The notes below the pieces were generated by a model that worked only from the letters and a program-made list of their open reading frames with translations, was not told where the DNA came from and did no database searches. DNA of 64,000 nucleotides from assembly GCA_964016885.1 (NCBI GenBank), contig OZ024745.1, positions 132,494,001 through 132,558,000 on the forward strand, given 5' to 3'. The stretch is from Eledone cirrhosa (taxonomy: Eukaryota). Shown here piece by piece: positions 27,685-42,043 of the stretch (positions are counted from its first letter, which is position 1; the number at the start of each line of letters is the position of its first letter). The position numbers were made by a program, and so were the translations under genes.

Positions 27685-27741
<57 letters not shown>

Positions 27742-27822
27742 AGAGAGAGAGAGAAGGTGGAGATGGAAATAGCATGGAAAATATATTTAGGGGTCTGTTT
27801 TACTTTTTTTCATCCTTTCTTT
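26853..27822 (+). mobile_element. PLE-like composite: 514-bp-spaced direct repeat (26996-27173 / 27510-27687) inside ~65-bp inverted repeats (26853-26920 / 27752-27822)
   Basis: Direct and inverted matches visible; pyrimidine-rich body; CTGATGA in both direct copies. Confidence 0.75.
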
Positions 27823-28389
27823 GATTCGTCAAAGTGATATTATTGAAAAGATGACATTATTGAAAAGATGAGAGGGACAATTCTTTTTTAAAAAGTTTTA
27901 TAAAGTATATAAAGTATATAAAGTATTACCTGTTTCGATGTATTATTAAAATTTATCTTATCAAATGTTGAGTATTGAAATAAAAAAGGAAAAAGAATTA
28001 ATAGGAGTTAAAAACTAAAAATTAAAGATTTTAAATTAAATTAATTGTTGGATTAAGTTCTTTTCGGGGGGCTGGAGAATGATTTCTTGTTTATAGAGAG
28101 AGGTGCTAGTGAAGATAGCAGCAGCTGTGTTTCTTCACAGAACACATTTTTTTGTGTGTGTGTGTGTGTGTGTGGGGGGGGCAAAGGAAACATCCTGTAA
28201 ATATGTGTGTGTATATCTAATTGTGTTAATTGACTGGACAAGAGTTCAAAATGGGTAGGGGAATTGTAAGCTAGAGGTAAATTCTATGGTAGCCGTAGAG
28301 GTTGTAAAAAAAATTTAATTATTGGAATATGATTTTAGGGAGTGAGTGTATAAACAGTGTGAGGGTGTGTATATATATATATATATCAG

Positions 28390-29235
28390 TTTTCGCAGTA
28401 CTGAATTTTACTCCAGCCATGCAGCACTCCGCATCAAACATATCAAGTGCAAGTCAAAGATCATCTTCTGTCGAGTCAAGTAATATGTCGTCTGGAGAAG
28501 TGACAGTACGCCCCATTGGCGCGCTTCAACTGCCACAATGAATCGTTTCCATTTAGCACCATTTATTCGAACACAGGTACTCAGGCATTTGTATAGAGAC
28601 ATCAGCGTAGCAAGAAGTGCCACTGAAGCGGACAGAGAAGTTGAAATATCTCGGGGCCGTGTTCACGAGGGATGGGAGACCGGAGGCCGAATTAAGTGCA
28701 ATAATTACAAAAACTGGTGCAGTAATGTGCCATCTTCCACATTCAGTAATCAGAAGAAGGGAGGCAGGCGTTTAAGTCAAACTCGCTGTCTTCAATTCGG
28801 TTTTCGTGCCAATCCTTACCTATGCTCATTATTCTTGGGCAATGACCGAAATAATACGATCGTGAATACTAGCGGCCAAAATGGTGTTTCTTCTTCATTA
28901 CTCGATAAAGTGCGTAGCTCTGAGATCAGAGAGTCACTCCAGGTAGAGCCGCTACTTCTCCGAATTGGGAGATCACAACTCCAATACTATGGGCATGTGG
29001 TTAGAATATCTCAAGAAAGAATTGCTGAACAGACTTTAGGGGCAAAACCAACTGGCAGGATACCGAAGGCTAGACCCGAGCAGGATGGTTGGCTAACATC
29101 CATGAGCTTGGCTGGTCTTACTTGGGGATCCAGCAAGATTAGTTGGTGTAGGTAGCTTTAGACAGGACCCGCTGGAAGGAGTGTTTGAGGACTCTGCTAC
29201 CCCCCCCCCATGAATAAGTAGATGAAGAAGAAGAT
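28390..29235 (+). mobile_element. RTE-clade LINE 3' fragment
   Basis: LLDKVRSSEIRESLQVEPLLLRIGRSQLQYYGHVVRI...GRIPKARP; (GAA)n tail. Confidence 0.85.
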
Positions 29236-29337
29236 TTATATATATCCACTAAATTAGAATTTTATAAAATATTAGGCAGGCATATGAGAAGATATAGGTG
29301 ATGGATGAGACAATGACTGCGATTCGGACGAAACAAT

Positions 29338-29338
29338 A

Positions 29339-29408
<70 letters not shown>
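29338..29408. repeat. (TAC)n microsatellite
   Basis: Directly visible. Confidence 0.97.
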
Positions 29409-30491
29409 GAAGTTATAGTGCTGCTGCTGCTGTTCTACTATGTCTCCTATGTATATGAAAGCACAACTCGCCAAAGCGCAGTCATGAATGAATATGAAAA
29501 ATCAATATTACTGCATCTATATAGAATAAACCTTAGTTTATCTTAAAATTTAAATTAACTGAGAGTTTCCTCAAACATAGGTAATATAACCATTGAAAAA
29601 GTAATAAGAAACTGGAATATTTATTGAAGTCTTCCATGAATTATTTTTCATAATAAAGTTTCTATTGCATTTTTATGTAAATCAACAACAGATTCCTCAC
29701 TCTTTCTTATACTTTTAACCATTGTATAGTTCACGTAGCGCTTGAGAAAATTATATTGTTATATTTCCGTGAATAACTTCATTAAGCCTATTTCTCCTGT
29801 GGTCTTACAACAAGTGAATATGTGACTGGAATAACCGCTCCCACTGCCACACATAGCTTGTTGCTCTATGCATCTTTTATTCAACACGATATATCGTAGG
29901 TTACTAAGAGCAACAATAACTAAACGCACGAAGTGGTAGTAACGATACCAGAGATAATAACTATAACATGACCGAGAAATAAAACGATAACTGCTATTAT
30001 ATTTACTATTGCCGTGTGAAATAAATTCATGAGAAGAGTATAGTACATTGAATTGGCTACTACAATTACACCTTCTGAGAATATTATAGATCCTAGTAAG
30101 GCTAAAATAATACTAAACCAAATTACCGCAAGGTTTGTACGTGGAAATGATGAAAATGAAATTGATTCTGATAACTATTATTCGTGAATAGTTTTGACGA
30201 AGCCATCTCAGAGGAAACAATCAATACAAACAATTAATAATTTATTACCTAGAAAAACACGAAATAGATTTCTGTTCTTTATGAATCCTGATGTATATCA
30301 TCAGTCTTGAATAATCTTTAATATTTGATTCTATCTCAACTGGACATTTCATACATTATATGAACTATATGGAAAAAGGCTTCACATCTTCATATATAGA
30401 ATGGCCAAGTTTTTCTAGTTTTCCATTAGTAAAGCCTGTTGATATTTTAGGCAGACAATCTGACCTTATCTAATGCATTGTATTCAAATTG

Positions 30492-30568
30492 ATACACATT
30501 GTATTTATACACATTGTATTTATACACATTGTATTTATACACATTGTATTTATACACATTGTATTTAT
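30492..30568. repeat. 15-bp tandem repeat (ATACACATTGTATTT) x5
   Basis: Directly visible. Confidence 0.92.
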
Positions 30569-31045
30569 TACATTTTTTTTCGTTTTCATATTTCTATTCG
30601 AAAGTGGAAAAAGGCATTAAGATTTGAAATAGGTTGAAATATACTCACGCACAGACAAACATACTCTCTCTCTCTCTCTCACATGTAACCAAATATATAT
30701 ATATTTTACACATGTGTTTATTTTAATTTTCACTGTTAAAATTGCATGAATATATGAATATCTTTCGGGAGATGAATATTGGTAAGGTAAAGTTGAGATT
30801 CCAAATAGAATTGTTTTACACAGTGATGTCAATAAATCGTAAGAATATTCACTCAATATGGATAAACGACAGAGTACGAATTATTTGAATTATTGATACT
30901 TAATTTGCTTATATGCTCAATATATATATATATCTGTATTAGAAAATGTACAGCTGGAAAAACCTACACAGACGACAAACGAACACAAAGATTTGATTTC
31001 GTTTGCACCTACGCCAGAAATCTATATATATAAATAAATATATAT

Positions 31046-31125
<80 letters not shown>

Positions 31126-31502
31126 CAAAGTTTAATATAGAAATGACTTCTACAAGATTATAACTGTTTAATTCAAAGGAATCCAAGACCCAAACATACA
31201 AGCGTATATATACATATACACACACACACACACACACATATATGTATATATATACACACACGCATATACACACATATATATATATCTATATATAATAATA
31301 ATAATACTATTTATAGTTATGTATATAGTATAAACAACTATAAAAGTAAGGTCAGTAATTTCCTATTACCTTATTACCAGTAAGAGAAATAGCACAATGT
31401 ATGAACATCAGTTGTTTTACAGAGCAGGAAAATAAATAAATTATACAATTATCAAAGTTGTGTTAAAATCATTGATTTGAACACAACTTTGATAATTGTA
31501 TA

Positions 31503-31588
<86 letters not shown>

Positions 31589-31589
31589 C

Positions 31590-31737
31590 GAAGGAAATGT
31601 GGTAAGGAACCAGGTGGACCATAACGCACCAAATTACTCAATACTTGAGGTAGTAGAGTGGGTAATAGGAACCAGTAAGACCCCGACAGCTGAGCTCAAG
31701 CCGTTTCGACGGCTAATTCTGGACTAATTCTGGACGC

Positions 31738-31740
<3 letters not shown>
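31590..31740 (-). repeat. Short PLE-end family copy with HHR 3' half, between (TA)n tracts
   Basis: Minus strand GCCGTC-GAAAC-GGCTTGAGCTCAGCT-GTC-GGGGTC. Confidence 0.75.
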
Positions 31741-31783
<43 letters not shown>

Positions 31784-31821
31784 TATCCGGGAGCTTCCAA
31801 CAGTAATGGTTGCATTTTTTA

Positions 31822-31985
31822 AGGGCTCCGATGAGCTGACTGGTTGTAGCTTTGTATTGGCGATCGAATAAAGTGAAAGTGTGCGGATGGCGATCTCTAG
31901 ACCTGCCAGTTCGGAGAAGCAATTGTCAGCAATGAGATTGAAAACCTTTTTTGTATAGCAAACCGTGTCACTCTTCTTTCCATAT
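31822..31985 (+). repeat. Single copy of the family that forms the 52832-53170 palindrome
   Basis: CTCCGATGAGCTGACTGG...CAATTGTCAGCAATGAGATT...GTGTCACTC, clear match to 53008-53160. Confidence 0.85.
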
Positions 31986-32018
31986 TTATATATATATAAA
32001 TATATATATATACATATG

Positions 32019-32106
<88 letters not shown>

Positions 32107-32231
32107 CATATATATATACATATATGTGTGTGTGTGTGTGTATGTATATATATGCTTGTATGTTTGAGTCTAGGATTCCTTTGAATGAAACAGTTCTAAT
32201 CTTGTAGAAGCCATTTCTATATTAAACTTTG

Positions 32232-32304
<73 letters not shown>

Positions 32305-32344
32305 AGTGTGTGTGCGTGTGTTTGAGTTTTGTGTTGTCAATATA

Positions 32345-33120
32345 CTTGTCGTAAGAGACAGCAAGATCTATCAATAAATTAAATGAAACATGGAAAACAA
32401 CGCCATGTTAAACTTTAACGCTGATAGCGGCTAAAATCGAAATCACCAACGATTTGATTTCTAAACAGGGATGTATGCTGAATAATAGAGATTTCACGTG
32501 AATTTATACCAAAGAGACAATACATCCATCATTATTAGTGGTGCTATAGAATGTTGATTCTGACCCAAAATAATAGTGGTAAAATCCTTACTTATACGAG
32601 CTATCATACTCTTCCACACCAAGAAACATCTAGATAAAGAAATCAACAGGATAAATGAGGAATCCAATATGTGTATTGTAACATATTGCCAGGTCACGCT
32701 ATTTAACAATATTTTCGCAATTGCAAAGCAAAATTAACCATATTAAACGGCAGAAACCACGAATCAAATGTATATGAATGATTAAAAACACCATAAAACG
32801 CAGAACACCAAATGATACACCGAACGATAAACTAATACAAATATCATATTCAAAACACATTATAATTCAAATTTATTTCATCAATAACAAACCCGAAGTA
32901 TGTAGTCGTGCAAACAAGCTAATAATGAATCTGATTTATGAATTTGATTGCAAATATGGAAGCTGTAAACTTCAGGACTTGAACTTTTATATCTATAAAA
33001 GGATTTCAATTTGCTGACAGTGGATCATAAGACTACAACTAGGAGCAAATGTAATGTTATACCACATACAACCCCCCCCCCTCTAAACAAACCTAGGGAG
33101 AAATATAAAAGTAGATCACC
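32345..33120 (+). mobile_element. Degraded Penelope-like element (thumb + EN remnant)
   Basis: KIIVVKSLLIRAII...HLDKEINRI and NLIYEFDCKYG resemble PLE thumb and GIY-YIG N-terminal motifs. Confidence 0.55.
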
Positions 33121-33309
33121 CACATATATTCAACAGAATAACCACGACATTGCATGGATGGAAGGACGGTCTCGGAACTGCTAAGGGAGTCGTATTGGCA
33201 AAGGCTTTCCTAGAACATGGCGAAGGCCATCCCTCTCCAGGTCTAAATATAGAGAAAGATATAGAGTTAGAGAATGGAAAGATAGAAGAGTCACAGAGGA
33301 AGAATCCGC

Positions 33310-33440
33310 CCGAGTACTGTTCTGGTACATTTGTTATCGACCTGGAATGGATGAAAGTCGGTGGGATTTGAACTCAGAGAGTCGATATGAATACCGCAAA
33401 GCATTCTATCAAACGTTCTAGAAACTCTGCCAATTCGCCA
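33310..33440 (-). mobile_element. Degenerate SINE (major family)
   Basis: CTGGTACATTTGTTATCGACC...GGGATTTGAACTCAG. Confidence 0.65.
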
Positions 33441-33782
33441 TAGCCACGGCATTAATACTCATGATATAGCAGAATGCTAAGAAAAATATGCAGAAAACAT
33501 AAATAAATATAAACATCGAAATGATGGTGTACAAATAGTATAAACAAATATGCCATCAATAACGTCTGCAGAGATCTCTTTTGCCATGACAAAAAGAAGG
33601 AATTCACTAATAACCAGACATCACATCATGAAGATGAGGTTATGTAGCAATTTTACAGACTCAAGCAAATTGGTAGGAAAACACATGTTCATATGAAATA
33701 AATCTTAATAAAAAAGATGAAATTAGAACACCCACACACAAACACCCCCATATATATATATATATATTTATGTGTGTGTGTG

Positions 33783-33845
<63 letters not shown>

Positions 33846-34171
33846 CTGTGTGTATATATATGTATATGTATGTATATGTATGTGTGTGTGTATGTGTCAG
33901 TGTGATGCGTTGAAGGAGATTTATTTTTACATATTTATTTTTGTCGCAAAATATTATTGACAATCTCATTTTGAATTCAGATATTGTTTATTGATTCTGT
34001 TCCTCTCTCGTGTCATTCAGGATTACTTCTTTTTAATACAAGGTATTACAATATTCCGTTCAATATCTAATGATAATTGCTATTATTATGGGAAATACTC
34101 ATTTCAAAGTGCTGCAAATAACTTCCAAGTTATTGTTCAAAAGGCTTTGACTGAAATAGTAAATTATGTCT

Positions 34172-34267
<96 letters not shown>

Positions 34268-34809
34268 TTATATATATATATATATTCCCTTAAGACGAAA
34301 AGCAGTGTTACACACGATTATCAGATCGCAAGAACTTTTCAGGTATTCATTTCTTCATGCGACAAACTATATTAAATATATGAACATATATAATTTGTAT
34401 TTGCATTATCAATCATGGCGGAATGCAGTTTGAGGAAAGGACAGGGTTCAATAAATTATATATTTGTTTTTAAAAATTAACCAATATATATTTTGTGGTA
34501 AAATACTACGTTTTGTATTTCATAATTTTTTCAAATATACTCACAAGACTATATGATTTTCGTTATTGATTGGTATCAAATCGAAAGATAAATAAATTGA
34601 CGGGGACGTTCCATTACATGGTCACTTGACCCTTTAGAAATAACATATAAATCTCGCTTAAATCACACCCAACCACCTTAACAGAAGAATATTGCTTTAA
34701 TAGTAACTGAAGAAAATCATATTTGGTCTCGTCTTGAATACCATAGACAATCACACAAGAGAGAACACCTTAATATATATATGATATAAAAGATGATGAC
34801 ATGGGTAGA

Positions 34810-34905
34810 CATATTACAATAATGTTTGGCATATTACAATAATGAATACATATGTTTGGCATATTACAATAGTGAATACATATGTTAGGCATATTACAAT
34901 AATAT
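34810..34905. repeat. ~30-bp tandem repeat (CATATTACAATAATGAATACATATGTTTGG)
   Basis: Directly visible. Confidence 0.85.
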
Positions 34906-37009
34906 GTCTATAAAGTGAAAACATTTCCTTGGAGTTCATCGAAAGGAAAATATGGAAAATTGTGATTTATATATCGGCGCATGGACATGAACAATAACAA
35001 TTAAATGATATTGAAATATTCATCAAAACAATGGTGAAAACGTTGTACAGGGAAAGCTGATATCTAGTATAATGGCATTCACTGGATAATATGTAAACTT
35101 GAATGAATGTTACGCATAAAGTCAAAATCTTGTAAAGTAGAAACTGAAATAATTCGCCGTTTATTTAATTTTGAAACGCGGGAGTAGATTAAGAAGAAAA
35201 GAAAATGGTATTAAAGAGAAGACGAAATAGAGTCGCAACTCTACTTGCGATGCTTGAGTCAATATTAATGTCTTGAATCTACATTTCAAAAGGATGGAAT
35301 AGAGAAGTCAAAGAAAGTTATGCCTAAATCGAGTTTATAAGAAGCGTTGTACGAAAGAATATGGTTGGCATTCGAGTTTGTAACTGCAATAGCAGTGGTG
35401 AATTATAGTAGGCAACGTACCCTTGATTAACGACGTTCATCAGAAGAAAACATATATTTGGTTTAAAAATTAAAATATTTCTGAAGATAGACTATACCAC
35501 TCAATTTTAGGGTCTCTTTTCAAAAAGCGTATACTCTTTTAAAATAATATTTTGTATTTCATGTTTCAAACATAATCTCATTAGAGAATGTATTAATGAT
35601 TTAAAAATAATACTGAGCGGATTATAATTATCTTGTTTATTTCTCATGTAAAATTATTGTAATCCTTATAATAAAACAGCTTTAAAAAACTTGCTGACGA
35701 TATTACTAAACCTAAACTACAAATACTGTAAATATTTACATCTGAAGCAAATGTTGAAACACACATAGTCAGGCAATTTATCTTATTCTGCAAGAACATT
35801 GGTGAATCTAATCCACCACTTCCCCTAATGTAAAAACCACATAATTCCCTACTATTTCCTATAATATCTCATATATTCCATATATCTGCTATCTATATGC
35901 ACTGTTATATCTCTTTACTAAGGACGATATATAATCTATCTATTATCTCTCATCTTCCCATACTTACATGTGTCGTGTTCCAGCGACATTTACACATTTT
36001 TAATGCACAACAAATATTTGTTTCCTCATAGAATTCAATAAGTCTCCAGCCAAAGGTTCCTGTACCATGTATCTTGTCATATACAGAGTTGATCTACGTC
36101 TGACTGTCTAACTTTACTGCACATAATCTCTTGTGTTCTGTATATCTCTCACATCAACATTCTTTGCACAAAAGCCAAATCCTATTCCATCTTGAATTAT
36201 CTACAATTGTTAGTCGTCTCTCTTACAGAGAACAAACACTCTTGTAGAATATGTAGAGATTCTTTCAATTCTGCATACAACATCTACCCAGATTGTTGGG
36301 CACGCCTCAGTCAATGCCTATCAGTTATACACTAGGTTAGAGTACCTTACACTCCTCATAGGTATGACAGATATAAAAATATCTGTCATACGAGGTGTTC
36401 AGTCTCTGTCGTAATGTCAGCTATCAACAAAAGGAATTATTCATATATTTCCAATGTATGAGGATTTGTAACCTATAGAAACCTAAGAAGGTTTGTCCCC
36501 TCCTCTCTGATCAAAACTTATCTCTCTGATCTTATTAAATACGTATGTCACTTCGAATATTTCAACGGTTACATAATCAATTTAAAAAGTCATGGTTATT
36601 TAATACATTTCTCAGTGATTATTCCAGTTGTGTGTGACGTATATCTACTTTAGATCAAATAATGCAGCAGTAATTACTCAGTCTTGAGAACGAAGGTGAA
36701 AGCAAGAGATTTGCTATCCACATTAGCAAAGCTCTCAAACTTTATCTGTCTATAACCAACATATAACTGTTATTACTTCGATTGGATGTCACCTGTCAGT
36801 CTGTTCCATTCTCGTTACAATATTTAATAATGAATCACTTCAAATTAGAGCCACACTATCTCATTACAGCACCAATATCAATCCAAACGGCTGATAATAA
36901 AGCTATAAGCATTTCCGCAGCAGTCAGTTAGTCATTCGGTCGGTACACAGACAGAAATCAGGGAAGTGGTTTAGATCCTTGAGACATAGGTTACGATTTT
37001 AATCAGCAA

Positions 37010-37162
37010 ATAATTGTTTCGACTTTTGGCACAAGGCCAGCAATTAGCCAATGCATTACTGGTACTTTATTTTAACGACCCCGTAAGGATGAAAGGCAAA
37101 GTTAACCTCGATGAGATTTGAACTCAGACCGTAAAGAGACGTAACTATGCTGAAAAGCATGA
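37010..37162 (-). mobile_element. SINE (major family, 5'-truncated)
   Basis: Core and B box. Confidence 0.85.
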
Positions 37163-37254
37163 CCCGTTGGGTCACATTCACTTTAAAATAATTTTAAATA
37201 ATTAAAATATACACAAACATGTATATCATCTAAAATGAAATTAAATTGGAAGGC

Positions 37255-37346
<92 letters not shown>

Positions 37347-40300
37347 CTGTATACTCTGTTCACAGACACACACATATACATATACATACTTAGAAATCCT
37401 TCCTATTTAGCAGGAAATATTCGGTACACAAATAGATACAGTAATGATGTATTCGATTCTTTGAAATCATCTGTTATAAATTCATTCAACAACACCACCA
37501 GCTCTCTTGCTCTCTTCTATTTTCCTTCTCTGTCTTCTTCTCTCTCTCCCTCCTTCTCTCTCTCTCTCTCTCTCTCTCTCCCTCTTTCTCTGTCTCTCTA
37601 TGTGTCTCTTTCAATCTAATCTCTCGTAACCACAATCTCTTTCTCTCTATTAATGAAAGTACCCGGAGAAAAACTCGTATCTCTTGAACCGTGCTCCGAT
37701 TTACGCGAAACTTGTTTTATTTTCAAAGTATTTTCCAATTATACGTCGTTTTGGCTGTATTAAATTACAAAGAAGCAGACAATCAGAAAGTGTTAGTAGT
37801 ATATAGACATAGGTAGTTTCCAAAGTAAGGCAATGCTAATGGCATAGCAGCCAGCTTCAACAATTTAAGCGGCATATCTTACATTGGCCCTAATATCAAC
37901 ATCTGCCATAATTTCTAACAATTGTAGTTGATATTGACAATGAAACAATCATATCGAACTAAACCAACTCACTACACTTTAGAAGCGAAGTATATTCAAC
38001 ATAGATGAATACTAATTTCTCCCAGCGTTGAACTAACTACTAACGCTCATCATACAATAGTGAACTGTCAAAACTGGAAATCGTTTTGTTTTGTATAGCT
38101 GAATAAGGGTTATTCAGTGGATAAACAATGAAATATTTAATTGTGTGTCTATATAGAGTTTAACTTGGACGTTTGAACTCTGCGAAATAGTAGCCAAATA
38201 TCTTTAAAATTATACCAATTGGTTTTGAAAGGTAAAGGGCAAAGACGATGTAGTTCACATAAAATAGTAAGAGAGGAAACGATCATGAACGCATTTGACG
38301 ATAGAGAAGTTCGATCAGAGCTACATAGTGACACATTTAAATTAGTAACACATTTCAATCCACTCGACTCTATAAAACAAAACTAGATCCTTCAACATCT
38401 TATTGAACTTTAATGCTCAAAATATTTTGTTTCCCAGGTTAACCAAATACAATTTTCTACGTTCAAGTCCATCATAAGTATAGGTGTATGTTCTTATTTC
38501 CCGTTTGATCACACTGAAGAACTATATTAGGCAAACACCGTCCACTACAGTAGAGGATTGCGCCAACATTACGAATAAAATTAGCTCGAAAACACGTGAA
38601 CAAGATCGGGTTCAGGGATATGCACTTAATATGTCTCGAGGTTTAACATAAAAAAACACATGATGCATTCAATTGAGTGTAGTATGTTACAAATGTTACA
38701 ATGATTTCCAGCAGTTACTTCCTCTGAAGATATCTGTACATACTTATGCCTAGTTGACAGCTGCAACGACCTATATGTCAGGGTGTCTTTCTCCTATTCT
38801 AACATATCAACCAGTCTTTAGATTCTTCACAATACACCGAAATCCTGACTACACCATCAACAGTTCTCTCTCTGCAATGTATTTTTGTCTAATGTTTAGA
38901 AATAGGAATTTATCATTAATAATTTTCATCTTTAGTAAGCTCCAAACAAACCATATTTTCTGTAGTTAATAATATTTACCTCTATTTCCAGGATATATAA
39001 CCCAGCCTACATACCACCGAAGCCATTATTGGCAATTATAACACTTTTAACAACAGAGAACAACATATTCATAACTCTTTACTATGAAATGTTTAGGACC
39101 GAACACATTTTTCGCCTACACATGGTTCCCACCATGAAAACATTTCTCCTAACATTCATTCTTTCATTGCAATATATTCACAGACAAAGAATATGTAATA
39201 CATTTCCAGCACATTATATTTTCAATAAAGTAATTTCACTTCTATATGGATCCCTTTTTACGTAGCATTGTATTCAATTGTAAAGACACAATAACTTTAG
39301 AAATGAAGCGTGTTGAAGATCAGAAACATGATATTGTATTCTGAAAATAATCTCAACACATTAATAATATACAATTAAAGATAACAATTTCTAATGTACC
39401 AAATATGTTTTAAAATGCTCATCACATGCAGAAGTCGAAGTAGTAAAAATGTTATTCATAAAAAGTTTGAAAATTGTAAATTTAGAAGAATTGCAGGGGC
39501 GTTTGTCTAAAAATTAACTTCTTTTGTTTAAAATCTAATAATATGTTTCTGTTTAAACTATCGGCACCCAACATTGCAGTTCCACTATCATGAAATAATA
39601 ATTGAAGTTTGAAATCTGGAGCTTTCTTTGGGAAGCAAAACAATTCAAATAAAACAGCTATAAATTTCAGAGGTCATGTAGTGCGACAAAGAAAAGCCAT
39701 TTAACTGATAGCTATAGGAACAATTGTATCATAATAATATTCATATTAACTGATCTTAAATTCTGTATTTGTGCAGTATTTATATTAGTAAATGATGATG
39801 TATATGAATAGCATAAACAGAAATGAATTATTAAGGCCGAGGCCTTTTCTATATATAATATCTTTTGACAATTTTTGTTTGCGATAATACAATATTGTAT
39901 TTATATTAAAATAAAATAAAATTGCCAGGACTGTGCAGCTATTAACATCCTCATAATGAAAAGGAGAAATATCCTATCTTGCTGCATTGTACAGTAAATA
40001 TCTGACAATAAGTCATCCAACATATCCATCAAGTATACACAACGATAGAAGGATAAACCATCGATATTCATCCTTGTGCATACAACTTACCCCAGAAGCT
40101 ATTATCAGTATTTTGGAGCACAACTGGATCTCTATATTTGCTGTTATAACGCAAAAACAACAACATAAAAACATAATTAAGACGGTTTGCTATAATGATT
40201 TTCTACTATTCGGACCCTTAGACCGATTAAAGTTCCTTCGTGTTTAGGAGTACACTCCTTAACTTTCAGAATGCTATCTTCTGCTTTACCAAAATGTTCG

Positions 40301-40904
40301 TTTGATATCTCATCATTAGAACGCCAGTCACAATGCCATATCTTACCGGCGATTCTAAACGACTACTACTTTCCACTATAATCGTTTTATCTATAGACAC
40401 TTATTACTAAATTTTATTTACTTAATTTTAAGCTTAATTTCCAGTGTTGTAGACAAACATTCCAGTGAACAACCCTATATCTCATTTTCTAATTTCTTTT
40501 GCAGGGCAGCCACCAAAGATGACACGTTCAGCCTTTAAGGAGAGGCAAAGCAAATACGGCTTGGCACATATAGACTGATGCACACACAGAAATATATATA
40601 TGATTTGGGGATTACCTGCCATCACAATAACATGGAATCGGCAGGACATCCCCAAATCATATATATTATAAAAATCAAAATCGGTCTATTGTTTTCTATT
40701 TTCTGACTGTTTTTGTCAAAGTCCTACATAATAACTTAATAATTAAAATTATAAAGTTTCTAGTCGAACCTGATTGATTTTAATGGGTGTTTATGGCTGA
40801 CTGAATACGTACTTGTGTTTTTCTCTTTGAATACGTACTTGTTTCATTTTCCGGTTCCTTCCTCCCTTCACCCATTACTTTCTATTTATTTTTTATTTCT
40901 AACT

Positions 40905-41023
40905 CTACCTTCTGATGAAGGACTAGTTTTCTAAACGTTAAAACTCTCATTCTGCTATTTCAAGCAGTAAAACTAATATATTTCTTTCATGTACTGTGTC
41001 GTTTGTTTTGTTATTTTTGCTAT

Positions 41024-41025
<2 letters not shown>
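40905..41025 (+). repeat. PLE-end family with degenerate minimal HHR, homologous to 48960-49085
   Basis: CTGATGAAGGACTA...AAACGTTA followed by ~80 bp homologous to 49000-49085, then (TA)n. Confidence 0.65.
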
Positions 41026-41094
<69 letters not shown>

Positions 41095-41211
41095 ATGTAT
41101 ATATAATGTATTTTGCAATACACTTTATGCTTAATTAAAAGCATTTTGAAGACCGTAAGCTATTGTTTTAAAGTAGTGACAAATTCACTCACTTTGATCT
41201 CAGCAAACAGG

Positions 41212-41271
41212 GGAGATAAGCCGACAAGACTTGTTTCGCTTTGGTTGAAGCTTATCAAGGCCAACTACCCC
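41212..41271 (-). ncRNA. Type I hammerhead ribozyme, U3-A8 core variant (copy 1)
   Basis: Reverse complement of 41831-41890. Confidence 0.8.
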
Positions 41272-41514
41272 ACCTGTTCGCTGAGATCATTGATGTTATA
41301 TTCTTATAGAAATATAGTAAATAATCAGGAGCTGATTATGCAGAGCGGTTGTTGGTCAGGCAGAAATTAAAAATTAGAATTGGAGCTCTGAAATAGCAAT
41401 ATATATATGGATGTATATATAATGTATTTTGCAATACACTTTATGCTTAATTAAAAGCTGATTATTTACTAGATTTCTATAAGAATATAACATCAATGAT
41501 CTCAGCGAACAGGT

Positions 41515-41574
41515 GGGGTAGTTGACCTTGATAAGCTTCAACCAAAGCGAAACAAGTCTTGTCGGCTTATCTCC
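41515..41574 (+). ncRNA. Type I hammerhead ribozyme, U3-A8 core variant (copy 2)
   Basis: As copy 3, with one stem I substitution (GACC). Confidence 0.77.
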
Positions 41575-41830
41575 TCTGATTGCTGAGATCAAAGTGAGTG
41601 AATTTGTCGCTACTTTAAAACAATAGCTTACGGTCTTCAAAATGCTTTTAATTAAGCATAAAGTGTATTGCAAAATACATTATATATACATCCATATATA
41701 TATTGCTATTTCAGAGCTCCAATTCTAATTTTTTATTTCTGCCTGACCAACAACCACTCTGCATAATCAGCTCCTGATTATTTACTAGATTTCTATAAGA
41801 ATATAACATCAATGATCTCAGCGAACAGGT

Positions 41831-41890
41831 GGGGTAGTTGGCCTTGATAAGCTTCAACCAAAGCGAAACAAGTCTTGTCGGCTTATCTCC
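41831..41890 (+). ncRNA. Type I hammerhead ribozyme, U3-A8 core variant (copy 3)
   Basis: GGGGTAGTTGGCC-TTGATAA-GCTT CAACCA AAGC-GAAA-CAAG T CTTG-TC-GGCTTATCTCC. Confidence 0.8.
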
Positions 41891-42043
41891 CCTGTTTGCT
41901 GAGATCAAAGTGAGTGAATTTGTCACTACTTTAAAACAATAGCTTACGGTCTTCAAAATGCTTTTAATTAAGCATAAAGTGTATTGCAAAATACATTATA
42001 TATACATCCATATATATATTGCTATTTCACAGCTCCAATTCTA

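Noticed and set aside
41113-41989. Three similar 85-99-aa ORFs as a small gene family
   Set aside because: By-product of the 316-bp repeat; non-ATG starts; antisense to the ribozyme
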